Of a stretch of DNA of 64,000 nt, positions 1 to 9,112 are shown in pieces (the stretch's first letter is position 1; every line of letters begins with the position of its first letter). The position numbers and the translations under genes are program-made. The notes under the pieces are model-generated. The model had not been told where the DNA came from and ran no database searches. It saw only the letters and a list, made by a program, of their open reading frames with translations. The DNA is from an uncultured Lachnospiraceae bacterium (lineage in GTDB: Bacteria; Bacillota; Clostridia; Lachnospirales; Lachnospiraceae): contig URQQ01000021.1 in NCBI GenBank assembly GCA_900549995.1, positions 1,005 through 65,004 on the forward strand. Direction: 5' to 3'.

Positions 1-501
1 CTCCTGAAATATATGATCTCCCTCTTCGAAGATTTCATACTTCCTGTTCTGGATTCCCCCGCTTTCATGACGGAACTCACCGTTATATACATATTTGTTT
101 TGATCCCAGGCGAATGTGCTGGAAGATTCTGAAGCAAATGCTGTCAGATCTTCTGGGTTGCTCATTGTCTCGATGATAATTTCCTGAACTTCCTTATTTC
201 TCACTTTCAGAAAACACATGGCATATCCAGTTGCACCTTCATGCACCGTCTTCTGGCATATCCCGCCATATACCGGCCCTTCGTTCAGATGAAGCCTGGA
301 GGACAGATAGTCCATCTGCTGTTCATCCAGTTTAGCTGTAAGATTTTCCGGAATTCCTGCTTTCCTGAAATATGCAAGTTTGTCACTTTGTCCGGTTTTA
401 TTCTGTGTGGAATCAGCTTCCGCCTGGCGTTGACTGCCACACCCTGCCAGACATGCCACTGTCAATAAAGAGAAAAACAACACTTTTAGTTTCTTTGTCA
501 C
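1..501 (-). CDS. putative secreted lipoprotein, 5' part only (gene continues past left edge of window)
   Basis: Not in the supplied track because there is no stop inside the window. Hand translation of the minus strand from GTG at 501 gives VTKKLKVLFFSLLTVACLAGCGSQRQAEADS..., a signal peptide plus lipobox LAGC. A purine-rich GGGGGTGGA lies just upstream. The frame stays open for all 167 codons down to position 1. No family recognised. Confidence 0.55.
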   Translation of the reverse strand, partial: MTKKLKVLFFSLLTVACLAGCGSQRQAEADSTQNKTGQSDKLAYFRKAGIPENLTAKLDEQQMDYLSSRLHLNEGPVYGGICQKTVHEGATGYAMCFLKVRNKEVQEIIIETMSNPEDLTAFASESSSTFAWDQNKYVYNGEFRHESGGIQNRKYEIFEEGDHIFQE

Positions 502-625
502 AGTATCCACCCCCACTATACTTAAACAGAATAATTCCTTCTGTGTTCAATTATTAAAATTGTAACACAGCTTTGGGCAGACATCAACGAAAGAAGTAAA
601 AGTGCTGTCTCAATATTCCGGCAGT

Positions 626-1750
626 TTACAGGACTTTTCCATCCTTCACTACCGCTTTCAGATTCAATTCTTTATCAAGCAGAACCACATTGCCCCGCTT
701 GCCAGGTGTGATTGAACCATATTTATCATATTCTCCGAGGCTCTTTGCCGGATTTGCAGTGGCACAGGCGACTGCCGTCTCCAGCGGAATTCCCATTTTC
801 TTTACTGCGGTTCTCATACAGTCAAGAAGATTCGTTGCCGACCCCGCCAGCGCTCCGTCTGATACAAGTGTGGCTTTATTGCCCTTTACATGTACTTCCA
901 GACCTCCGAGAGTATACAGGCCGTCCGGCATTCCCGTGGCACGCATACAGTCACTGATGAATATAATCCGGTCTCCTCCCAGCATTTTGAACGTTGTTCT
1001 TACCGTCGCCGGGTGAATATGAACCCCGTCACAGATCAGCTCCGCCATCACGTGGCTGCTGTCTGCCACCGCCCCGATCACACCGGGTGCCCTGTGTGAA
1101 AATGCAGGCATCGCGTTATAAAGATGCGTCGCATGACTTGCTCCTTTGTCATAGGCAAGCTTCGCAGTTTCATAGTCTGCATTTGTATGCGCAAGAGATA
1201 CTGTGATCTCATCCTTTACCGCTTCGATAAATTCCATCGCACCCTCTTCTTCTGCCGCTACTCCTATATATTTGACAAGTCCGTTGGCAGCCTTCTGAAA
1301 ACGGTGAAGCACCTCCACATCACATGGAATAATATACGTTTCATCCTGCGCACCTTTTTTTACTCTGCTGATGAACGGTCCTTCCATATTGATTCCTATC
1401 AGATCCGCTCCATCATGCACTCCCTGATTGTACTTCGCCGCCGTGCCAAGAATTTCATCCAGCGTCTCAAGCGGCAGTGTCATTGTTGCAGGCGCTATCG
1501 CAGTAACTCCGACCGATGCCTCATATTTTGCAATCTCTTCGATTGCTTCTTCTGTACCATCGCAGAAATCATACCCTTTGCATCCGTGGAAATGAATATC
1601 AATCAATCCCGGAATTGCGTAACACCCTTCTCCATCGAGTACTTCATTATCTGAACTTTCCCCCGCAGAGAAGATGCCATTTTCGATTACGATTTCCCCT
1701 GTTTCAAATTTTTTCTCTTCTGTATATACCTGTACATTTTTAATAAGCAT
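626..1750 (-). CDS. nagA: N-acetylglucosamine-6-phosphate deacetylase
   Basis: 374 aa. Amidohydrolase HxH motif 'IDIHFHG' near the N-terminus, NagA-like length and layout, AGGAGG RBS. Last gene of the nan/nag string. Confidence 0.9.
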   Translation of the reverse strand: MLIKNVQVYTEEKKFETGEIVIENGIFSAGESSDNEVLDGEGCYAIPGLIDIHFHGCKGYDFCDGTEEAIEEIAKYEASVGVTAIAPATMTLPLETLDEILGTAAKYNQGVHDGADLIGINMEGPFISRVKKGAQDETYIIPCDVEVLHRFQKAANGLVKYIGVAAEEEGAMEFIEAVKDEITVSLAHTNADYETAKLAYDKGASHATHLYNAMPAFSHRAPGVIGAVADSSHVMAELICDGVHIHPATVRTTFKMLGGDRIIFISDCMRATGMPDGLYTLGGLEVHVKGNKATLVSDGALAGSATNLLDCMRTAVKKMGIPLETAVACATANPAKSLGEYDKYGSITPGKRGNVVLLDKELNLKAVVKDGKVL

Positions 1751-1794
1751 TCTTTTATTCCTCCTGACCCATCCGTTGCTTTTCTCTTAAGATG

Positions 1795-1823
1795 ATTATA
1801 ACTTTTCCGCAATTATTCCGCAA
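1795..1823 (-). promoter_or_regulatory. candidate sigma-A promoter for nagA (-35 TTGCGG, 17-nt spacer, -10 TATAAT, read on minus strand)
   Basis: The reverse complement of 1818-1823 is TTGCGG and of 1795-1800 is TATAAT, with an exact 17-nt spacer. It lies 45 nt upstream of the nagA ATG. It overlaps a tandem direct repeat TTCCGCAATT (1805-1814 and 1816-1825). Confidence 0.4.
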
Positions 1824-1880
1824 TTTCAAAGCCGAATCTCGGCAGATATATCCAAAAATTCGCACAATTGTGCACTTTCC

Positions 1881-2624
1881 TTATTGCCCGATCAGAGAAA
1901 GCGCTTCTTTATCTCCCACCACAGTGACATCAGGATGCAGCTGCAAAATGGACGCCGGTACATGCGGTGTCACCGGTCCTGTAAACGCTTCTTTCACAAT
2001 AGATGCTTTCTCTCCGCCGTTTACAACAACCAGAATTTTCTTTGCCTTCATAATTGTGCCGATCCCCATGGTATAAGCCTTCCTCGGCACATCATCCGCT
2101 GAAGCAAAAAATCTCTTATTCGCTTCAATTGTGCTCTCCTGAAGGTCTACACAGTGCGTCTCTTTTTCAAAAGTCTCTGCCGGTTCGTTAAAACCAATAT
2201 GGCCATTATGTCCCAGCCCCAGAAGCTGAAGGTCAATTCCGCCTACAGAATCAATCAGTTTCTCATAGCGGACACATTCCTTTTTGATATCGCTTTCCAT
2301 TCCATTTGGCAGATGTGTGTTCTCATATGGGATATTTACACGGCCAAAAAGGTGCCGGTTCATAAAATAATAATAACTCTGGTCATTGTTTCTCTCGAGT
2401 CCCTTATACTCATCGAGATTCACCGTCGTAACCTCCGACAGATCCAGCTCCCCTTTTTCATAACGTTTTACAAGCTGCTCATAAGTACCAATCGGTGTGG
2501 AACCTGTTGCCAGCCCCAGCACACATTTTGATTTCATAAGTACCTGGGCAAATATAATATTTGCTGCTTTCCTGCTCATCTCGTCATAATCTTTTGCCTC
2601 ATATATTTTCATAGATATCACCAT
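1881..2624 (-). CDS. nagB: glucosamine-6-phosphate deaminase
   Basis: 247 aa. NagB-like sequence throughout ('LGLATGSTP', 'LLGLGHNGHIGFNEP'). The start could be ATG 2624 or ATG 2612 (MKIYEAKDY...). Confidence 0.9.
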   Translation of the reverse strand: MVISMKIYEAKDYDEMSRKAANIIFAQVLMKSKCVLGLATGSTPIGTYEQLVKRYEKGELDLSEVTTVNLDEYKGLERNNDQSYYYFMNRHLFGRVNIPYENTHLPNGMESDIKKECVRYEKLIDSVGGIDLQLLGLGHNGHIGFNEPAETFEKETHCVDLQESTIEANKRFFASADDVPRKAYTMGIGTIMKAKKILVVVNGGEKASIVKEAFTGPVTPHVPASILQLHPDVTVVGDKEALSLIGQ

Positions 2625-2655
2625 TATTTCCTTTCTTATCTGAAACTAGTCACAG

Positions 2656-3504
2656 CTATTCTGTATATAAATATGCCTGTTTCTTTTTTTCTTTTCCCCG
2701 AAGTGCTTTTAACGTATTATCATGCATTGTCTCTTTCTTATACTTATCCTGTTCTACATAATAGGAGTAACAGATATCAAGCATCACTAGAATTGGAAAC
2801 TGCGGGGAAATCACATTCCCGTGATTCAGATGCTTCAGCGAAGGCAGCAGTACCACCTCGTCACAAAACTCATCGAAATCTTCCTTATTTTTTGCTGTCA
2901 GAAGAACTGTCCTGGCCTTTCTTTTGTGAGCCTCCCTAAGAAGATATCTGACCTCCTCTTTCTCACCGCTGATACTGATTCCAAATACAAGGCATGTCTC
3001 ATTTTGAAATACAGCCTGCATTCTCATCAGATCGCTGTCCTGGATGGAATCAATGTCCACGCCAATCCGCATAAATCTCAGTTTCATTTCCCTGGCTGCA
3101 AGACCGGAACTTCCCATCCCGCACACAAATACCCTGGCCGCCTTGGAAAGATACCGGCTGATTCTTGCAATCTGCGCCTCATCCACAAGACTGTAGGTCT
3201 TATTTAAAAGCTCCTGATACGCGTTTAAAACCATCCTTGTATTGCCGGTGATTGATTCCGTCTTCTCAACGAATGTCTCTTCATACTGGTAGACAAATTC
3301 CCGGTACCCCCGATATCCGCACTTCTTTGCAAATCTGGAAAGAGACGCTTCTGACACAAAAAGTCTGTCAGCAACTGATTTCGCAGAGAAATCCATTTTC
3401 TCCCGGTTCTGTATAAAAAAATCGGCGATATTCTTTTCCACGACTGTAAAATTATCATAATTTGACTCAATTACAGGAACAACTGATTTCACATAATACT
3501 CCAT
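2656..3504 (-). CDS. RpiR/MurR-family transcriptional regulator (HTH + SIS domain), probable nan operon regulator
   Basis: N-terminal HTH_6-like region and SIS motif 'VFVCGMGSSGLAA'. I start it at ATG 3504 (MEYYVKSV..., GGAGGGGAT RBS). The longer track ORF to 3657 would overlap the upstream ROK kinase gene. Confidence 0.85.
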   Translation of the reverse strand: MEYYVKSVVPVIESNYDNFTVVEKNIADFFIQNREKMDFSAKSVADRLFVSEASLSRFAKKCGYRGYREFVYQYEETFVEKTESITGNTRMVLNAYQELLNKTYSLVDEAQIARISRYLSKAARVFVCGMGSSGLAAREMKLRFMRIGVDIDSIQDSDLMRMQAVFQNETCLVFGISISGEKEEVRYLLREAHKRKARTVLLTAKNKEDFDEFCDEVVLLPSLKHLNHGNVISPQFPILVMLDICYSYYVEQDKYKKETMHDNTLKALRGKEKKKQAYLYTE

Positions 3505-3553
3505 TTTATCCCCTCCGATCTTCGTGCAGGGTTTTCTCTTCTGTACGTAACTT

Positions 3554-4438
3554 TTACTTTTGCCTGTTTTTAAAATGATAAAAGGCTCCCAGCATCCCGG
3601 CATCATTTTTATTCTGCGCCATCCGCAGTGATGTATGCTCCAGAATACTAGAAACAAGATATTTCTCCATCGCCTTCCAGATCTTTGGTTTTAAGATTTC
3701 CTCCTGGGCCATGATTCCTCCCCCCAGGACAACCACCTCCGGATTTATCACATAGCAGATATTGGCAATCCCTTTTCCAAGAATGTCAGCCATCTCATCA
3801 ATTGCCTCACTGCAGATTGGATCTCCTTTTTTGGCTTCCTCAAAAATCCGTCTTCCGTGCCACATTTCTATGGGCTCTTCTTTGCGCCCTGCAACCTTTT
3901 TACACAGAATACTGCTTGCCCCAAGTGTCTGGAAATCACTGTCGTCCATATGCATATATCCCACTTCACAGGCACTGTTGCTGCTGCCGTGGAATACTTC
4001 GTTTCCAATCACAATACATCCGCCGATTCCGGTTCCTATCGTAAGACAGAGCGAAACTTTGCTTCCTCTGGCCGCACCTGCCACGGCTTCTGCAAGCCCC
4101 GCACAGTTTACATCATTCTCCACTTCACAGGGAAGATGAAATTTTTCTTCCATCGTCTTCTTAAACTGAGTTCCTTTATAATCTGGAATCAATGGCGCCG
4201 CATAGAAAATTTCACCCTTTTCGACATCAACCATCCCTGCAGTAGAAATACAGATTCCACAGAGTTCTTCTTTTTTATCATAGTTTTCCACAATTCCTGC
4301 TGCCTTATCAAGGATTGACGGACCTCCCTTATAAGCCTCCGTTGCCATCTCGTGACGTTCACAGATTCTCCCGTTCCCATCAATGAGTCCGTATTTAATA
4401 GCGGTTCCTCCGATATCAATGCTTACATATTTCTTCAT
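3554..4438 (-). CDS. nanK: ROK-family sugar kinase, probable N-acetylmannosamine kinase
   Basis: 'VSIDIGGTAIKYG' ATP-binding motif and ROK core 'TIGTGIGGCIV'. Start at ATG 4438 with GAGG RBS (the track start at 4450 is TTG). Its position inside the nan operon supports ManNAc kinase. The canonical ROK zinc motif is absent. Confidence 0.8.
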   Translation of the reverse strand: MKKYVSIDIGGTAIKYGLIDGNGRICERHEMATEAYKGGPSILDKAAGIVENYDKKEELCGICISTAGMVDVEKGEIFYAAPLIPDYKGTQFKKTMEEKFHLPCEVENDVNCAGLAEAVAGAARGSKVSLCLTIGTGIGGCIVIGNEVFHGSSNSACEVGYMHMDDSDFQTLGASSILCKKVAGRKEEPIEMWHGRRIFEEAKKGDPICSEAIDEMADILGKGIANICYVINPEVVVLGGGIMAQEEILKPKIWKAMEKYLVSSILEHTSLRMAQNKNDAGMLGAFYHFKNRQK

Positions 4439-4528
4439 ATCATACCTCAACTGTTATGTCTCATCTACGATTATACCGCAAAAAGGCAAATCCAGACAGC
4501 TTTTATTCTGGTTTGCCTCATTGCCCGC

Positions 4529-4987
4529 CTAGATGCGTACTTTAAAAATTGCCTTTTTTATCATTTCCGGCCTTTCCACTGCCACTGCAGTGCGGTGCCC
4601 GTCATGTGGATAACAAATCAGAAAATCCTGGTCTCTCAGAATTACTTCACCATTTTTTCCACCTTCCAGCGGAAGAAAATCATCTTTTTCCACAAATTCT
4701 TTCTGCTCCATGTTCTCAATAAAGTTCAGATCTATCTGTTCCTGCCCTTTTAGCATCAGGTGCACATCCAGATAATTTCTATGGGCTTCCCAGAAACGGT
4801 TCGTGACTTCTGTCGTCTCATATTCCACAATATTGACAAACAGTCTGTCACCATCGATTTCATGGGTTCCTTTTTCATACTGCAAAAGATCATGGTTCTT
4901 CGCATATTCAAAACATTCTTTGATCTGAGCATCCAGAAATTCATAGTCTGAAAGCTGTGTAGTGTTTCCAAAAATCATATGTTTCAC
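4529..4987 (-). CDS. YhcH/YjgK/YiaL (DUF386) family protein, common sialic-acid cluster accessory
   Basis: 152 aa, cupin-like. 'EAHRNYLDVHLMLKGQE' and 'CYPHDGH' are typical of the family. Embedded between transporter and kinase as in other nan clusters. Confidence 0.8.
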   Translation of the reverse strand: MKHMIFGNTTQLSDYEFLDAQIKECFEYAKNHDLLQYEKGTHEIDGDRLFVNIVEYETTEVTNRFWEAHRNYLDVHLMLKGQEQIDLNFIENMEQKEFVEKDDFLPLEGGKNGEVILRDQDFLICYPHDGHRTAVAVERPEMIKKAIFKVRI

Positions 4988-4991
4988 ACTC

Positions 4992-6506
4992 CTATTTGTT
5001 CTTTCTGCTGATTCCGTAAATTGTCGTCACTTCATCAGGAACACTTGTATCTCCGGTTACTTTCCTCTGGATATAACTTACAATCAGGCCAACGACTACA
5101 GAAATTCCAATTGTAATCAGTGAGTATGCCCAGATAGAGACCTGAGGCTGTGTATATTTCACCCATACAATCACAATCGCTGATACGAAAAATGCCACAT
5201 ATGCTCCAAGTGTAGTCGCAACTTTTGTGAATGCCCCAAGTACGAAGGTTCCTCCGAGTACTCCAAGTACAAGTCCCATAAATCCATTGAACCACTCATA
5301 AGCAGATTTGATCTCCCCGTTTGCAAGTACCATAGAGATCACAATTGCCACGATGCCGACGCCAAGTGATACAAACTGTGCGATTCTCGTCTGAAGCTTA
5401 AAGCTCATCTCTTTCTTGGACAGACGCTCCTGGATATCCAGTGTCCAGCTTGTTGCCACAGAGTTAAGCCCTGTAGAAAGTGTAGACTGTGAAGCCGCAT
5501 AAATCGCCGCAAGAAGGATGCCTGTCACACCAACCGGAAGCTGGTAAGCGATGAATGATGCGAAAATCTGATCCTGCTGTGCTGTCTGTGCAAGTGCCGG
5601 ATTCTGACCGTAGAACACGTATAATCCGGTACCAATCAGGTAGAACACCGTTGCGATAAAAATAGACAGCGCCCCATTTGTAAGCATCATTTTATTTAAT
5701 TTCTTTGTATCTGTTGTTGTTGTAAATCTCTGTACAATATCCTGGCTTGAGATATAAGAAGAACATGTATTTAAGCCGGCACCTACAATAATGATAAAGA
5801 CACTGTTTTTCAGAATATTGACATCAAAGATCGGTTCTTCTGCTCCAAGGAATTTTCCTGCCTGGAACGCTGCGAAGATTTCTCCCATGCCTCCGTTGAT
5901 ATGTGCCACAAGGAAGATCAGCGCGAATGTAACACCTACAAGCAATACAGAGCCCTGGATAAAATCTGTCCAAAGGACGGATTTGAGACCGCCTGTATAA
6001 GAATAGATAATTGCAATGACACCCATGACGATAATCAGGATATTCACATTAATTCCGGTCAGCTGTGCGAGAACCATCGATGGAAGATACATGATGATTG
6101 ACATACGTCCAATCTGGTATACGATGAACATCACAGCGCCAAGAACACGGAGTCCCTTACTGTGGAAACGAAGCTCCAGGTAATGATACGCTGTATCAAT
6201 GTCCAGTTTGCTGTAGATTGGCAGGAAGAAACGGATTGTAATCGGAATGGCGATCAGCATTCCAAGCTGCGCGAACCAGAGAATCCATGTTCCCCCATAA
6301 GAGTTTCCTGCCAGTGATAAAAACGAAATCGGGCTTAACAGCGTCGCAAAAATAGATACGGAAGTAACCCACCATGGAATCGTTCCATCACCCTTAAAGA
6401 ATTCTTTTCCCTGCATTTCTTTTTTGGAAAAATGCAGACCGGCAAATAATACTGCCGCCAGATATACGATTAATATAATTAAATCAATTACGGTAAAACC
6501 TTGCAT
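4992..6506 (-). CDS. sodium:solute symporter (SSS) family transporter, probable sialic acid transporter
   Basis: 504 aa, hydrophobic throughout with about 13 predicted helices and SSS-family character. Substrate is inferred from the operon context only. Confidence 0.8.
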   Translation of the reverse strand: MQGFTVIDLIILIVYLAAVLFAGLHFSKKEMQGKEFFKGDGTIPWWVTSVSIFATLLSPISFLSLAGNSYGGTWILWFAQLGMLIAIPITIRFFLPIYSKLDIDTAYHYLELRFHSKGLRVLGAVMFIVYQIGRMSIIMYLPSMVLAQLTGINVNILIIVMGVIAIIYSYTGGLKSVLWTDFIQGSVLLVGVTFALIFLVAHINGGMGEIFAAFQAGKFLGAEEPIFDVNILKNSVFIIIVGAGLNTCSSYISSQDIVQRFTTTTDTKKLNKMMLTNGALSIFIATVFYLIGTGLYVFYGQNPALAQTAQQDQIFASFIAYQLPVGVTGILLAAIYAASQSTLSTGLNSVATSWTLDIQERLSKKEMSFKLQTRIAQFVSLGVGIVAIVISMVLANGEIKSAYEWFNGFMGLVLGVLGGTFVLGAFTKVATTLGAYVAFFVSAIVIVWVKYTQPQVSIWAYSLITIGISVVVGLIVSYIQRKVTGDTSVPDEVTTIYGISRKNK

Positions 6507-6549
6507 TACTTTTTCCTCCTGGTACTCTCTTTTTCTCGGGTATTAGGGT

Positions 6550-7467
6550 TTACAGATACTGCTCCTTTGCCGCACGGACCATTTCTGCTGCTTCTTTTAC
6601 AATCGGCATATCAGACTCTTCCAGAGACGGCAGCGGCTCACGTACCCCTCCAAGGTCAAGATTTTCATTGATTCTCAGTATTTCTTTGATTACCCCATAC
6701 ATATTGCCGCGGCAGGAACACATCTTGTAGATGATCTCATTGACAGCATACTGAAGCTTGCGCGCCTCTTCCATTCTGCCTTCTTTTACGTACTCATCAA
6801 GCTTCAGGAACAGTTCCGGCATCACACCATAAGTTCCTCCGATCGCACCTTCTGCCCCGATCACACGACCGCTCATGAACTGCTCATCAGGACCGTTGAA
6901 AATAACATAATCCTCTCCGGCTGCTGCCTTGAACATCTGAATATCCTGCACCGGCATCGATGAATTCTTGACACCGACAACTCTTTCATTCTTTCTCATC
7001 TCTGCAAATAAATTCATTGTCAGCGCAACACCTGCAAGCTGCGGGATATTGTAGATTACAAAGTCTGTATTTGGTGCCGCATCACTGATATCATTCCAGT
7101 ATTTTGCAATCGCATATTCCGGAAGACGGAAATAAATCGGAGGGATTGCAGCGATCGCGTCTACGTGAAGGCTTTCTGCATGTTTTGCCAGTTCAATGCT
7201 GTCTTTTGTATTATTGCATGCGACATGTGCAATGACTGTAAGCTTTCCTTCTGCTGCTTTCATTACATTTTCAAGTACAATTTTTCTGTCCTCAACGCTC
7301 TGGTAGATACACTCTCCTGAAGATCCGTTTACGTAAACTCCCTTGACACCCTTTTCGATGAAATATCTGGTCAGTGCCTGTACACCTGCCGGACTGATAT
7401 TTCCTTCCTTGTCATAACATGCATAAAATGCAGGAATTATGCCTTTGTACTTTTCTAAATTTCTCAT
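6550..7467 (-). CDS. nanA: N-acetylneuraminate lyase
   Basis: 305 aa DHDPS/NAL family. 'GVYVNGSSGE' motif and probable Schiff-base lysine in 'VVGVKNSS'. Context supports the call. Confidence 0.9.
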   Translation of the reverse strand: MRNLEKYKGIIPAFYACYDKEGNISPAGVQALTRYFIEKGVKGVYVNGSSGECIYQSVEDRKIVLENVMKAAEGKLTVIAHVACNNTKDSIELAKHAESLHVDAIAAIPPIYFRLPEYAIAKYWNDISDAAPNTDFVIYNIPQLAGVALTMNLFAEMRKNERVVGVKNSSMPVQDIQMFKAAAGEDYVIFNGPDEQFMSGRVIGAEGAIGGTYGVMPELFLKLDEYVKEGRMEEARKLQYAVNEIIYKMCSCRGNMYGVIKEILRINENLDLGGVREPLPSLEESDMPIVKEAAEMVRAAKEQYL

Positions 7468-7543
7468 TGTTTCATTCTCCTTTTCTAATCTTCGCCTCTT
7501 AGTTCTTTATGCCATACCATAATGTACCAGTTTCATAACGCAG

Positions 7544-8230
7544 TTAATCAAGCGCCTCTGCGAATGCTTTTGTAATCAGCTGCGGCCGTGTGATAATGGA
7601 GCCGACAACCACACTGAATGCTCCCAGTTCTATCACACGTTTTGCTTTCTGCGGTGTATTGATATTGCCTTCTGCAATGACCGGCTGTTTTACTTTTGCA
7701 ACAATTTCCCGTATGATTTCGAAATCATTTTCTTCAATTTTCAAATTTCTGCTCTGCTCTGTATAGCCTACCAGTGTTGTTCCGATGAAATCGAATCCAA
7801 GTTCATCTGCGTGAAGCGCTTCCTCTACGGTTGAACAATCCGCCATAAGAAGCTGATCCGGGTATTTTTCCCTGATCTGTGCGAAAAATTCATCCAGCGA
7901 TAAATTCCCCGGATGCATATCAGCTGTCGCATCAACTGCGATAATCTCCGGCTTCACTTCCATCAATTCATCGATCTCTTTCATCGTAGGCGTGATATAA
8001 ACTTTACTGTCGTCATAATCCCTTTTTACAATTCCGATGACCGGCAGATCTACCTGAGACTGTATCTCTTTGATATCTTCTTTTGTATTCGCCCGGATTC
8101 CTGACGCTCCCCCCTGCTTTGCTGCCAGTGCCATTCTTCCCATAATAAAAGAAGAATGAAGAGGTTCCTCCGGCAGTGCCTGACAGGATACAATTAATTT
8201 TCCCCGTAAGTTTAAAACTTTTTCGTTCAT
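7544..8230 (-). CDS. nanE: N-acetylmannosamine-6-phosphate 2-epimerase
   Basis: NanE-like '[16 protein letters not shown]'. I start at ATG 8230 ([10 protein letters not shown]..., GGAGGA RBS). The track extension to 8323 lacks an RBS. Confidence 0.9.
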   Translation of the reverse strand: MNEKVLNLRGKLIVSCQALPEEPLHSSFIMGRMALAAKQGGASGIRANTKEDIKEIQSQVDLPVIGIVKRDYDDSKVYITPTMKEIDELMEVKPEIIAVDATADMHPGNLSLDEFFAQIREKYPDQLLMADCSTVEEALHADELGFDFIGTTLVGYTEQSRNLKIEENDFEIIREIVAKVKQPVIAEGNINTPQKAKRVIELGAFSVVVGSIITRPQLITKAFAEALD

Positions 8231-8261
8231 GTTCCCTCGTCCTCCTTGTCTTTGTAAACCC

Positions 8262-8289
8262 AGTATAACACTCGTGTTTTTATTTTCAA
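8262..8289 (-). promoter_or_regulatory. candidate sigma-A promoter of the nan operon (-35 TTGAAA, 16-nt spacer, -10 TATACT on minus strand)
   Basis: The reverse complement of 8284-8289 is TTGAAA and of 8262-8267 is TATACT. About 30 nt upstream of the nanE ATG. Confidence 0.35.
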
Positions 8290-8454
8290 TAGATATGGAT
8301 TCTGTTGAAAGTTCTTTCAGCATTTTCCTTTTTTCTCGCCAAACAATATATTTTTAACCTCTTTTTTTAGTTATTATGCACAATTCCCCGTCATTTCTTT
8401 CTATGTTTTAGCTCTTTTAATCACCGAATTATACAACTTGATATTTCAAACAAC

Positions 8455-8494
8455 AAAATAAGAAAAGACAGTCCGTTTTCACAGACTGCCTTTT
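8455..8494 (-). terminator. intrinsic terminator after the membrane-protein gene
   Basis: 11-bp stem (8463-8473 / 8484-8494, one mismatch), 10-nt loop. Followed on the minus strand by CTTATTTTG. Confidence 0.55.
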
Positions 8495-8507
8495 CTTATT
8501 TTACGAT

Positions 8508-9050
8508 TCATTTTTTCTCTTCTATCTGATCGTGAGTCTCATCTTTCTTTCCAAAGATCAGAAGCACTCCGATCCCTATAATACAGCATGCTATTACAAT
8601 CCGGGGAATAATGTTGCCAACTGTATCAAGCACATTCCAGAGATATGAAGGAATGATGCCTCCAAGTGCATATGGAATACAGTTCCAAAGTGTAAGCAGA
8701 CCACACAGAATCAAAATCACTGCGATCGGAATCCGGTATTTTTTGACCATTTCCCGTACATCTGCCTTCCCCTGCGGGCCTCCTTTGTAGAACAGGTACT
8801 CATCCTCTACAAAGAGGAATTCCTGCGGTGTCAGTGATTTCAGGTTGTGTACGTTAAAAAAGCTGTAACACCATACAATCGGCAGAAGCGCTGTCAGAAA
8901 TTCCAGCCGAAGTCCCCCTGCTATTGCAATGATCCCCCAGAAGACTACCATGATACTGACTCCCTGCTTCTTAAACCCCATATACATTTCACCGGCCCCC
9001 GGGATAAGTGAACATAAAAAGACTAAAAATCCAAACTTCTGTTTCGGCAT
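8508..9050 (-). CDS. small integral membrane protein, family not recognised
   Basis: Start at ATG 9050 (MPKQKFGFLVF...) behind GGAGGAG. Four or more hydrophobic segments. Confidence 0.6.
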   Translation of the reverse strand: MPKQKFGFLVFLCSLIPGAGEMYMGFKKQGVSIMVVFWGIIAIAGGLRLEFLTALLPIVWCYSFFNVHNLKSLTPQEFLFVEDEYLFYKGGPQGKADVREMVKKYRIPIAVILILCGLLTLWNCIPYALGGIIPSYLWNVLDTVGNIIPRIVIACCIIGIGVLLIFGKKDETHDQIEEKK

Positions 9051-9112
9051 ATTACTCTCCTCCTTTTCTATAATGCTATTATAGCCTAAGGAGATTGAGA
9101 TATCATTCAAAA

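Noticed and set aside
2656-3657. Long N-terminal extensions of track ORFs: RpiR to 3657, nanE to 8323, glgP to 55643, membrane protein to 9110, nrdG to 29961, AlbA_2 to 42253, MalF to 61770
   Set aside because: The extensions start at TTG/GTG or lack an RBS, overlap the upstream gene, and add non-homologous residues. Internal ATGs with GGAGG-type RBS give family-typical N-termini.
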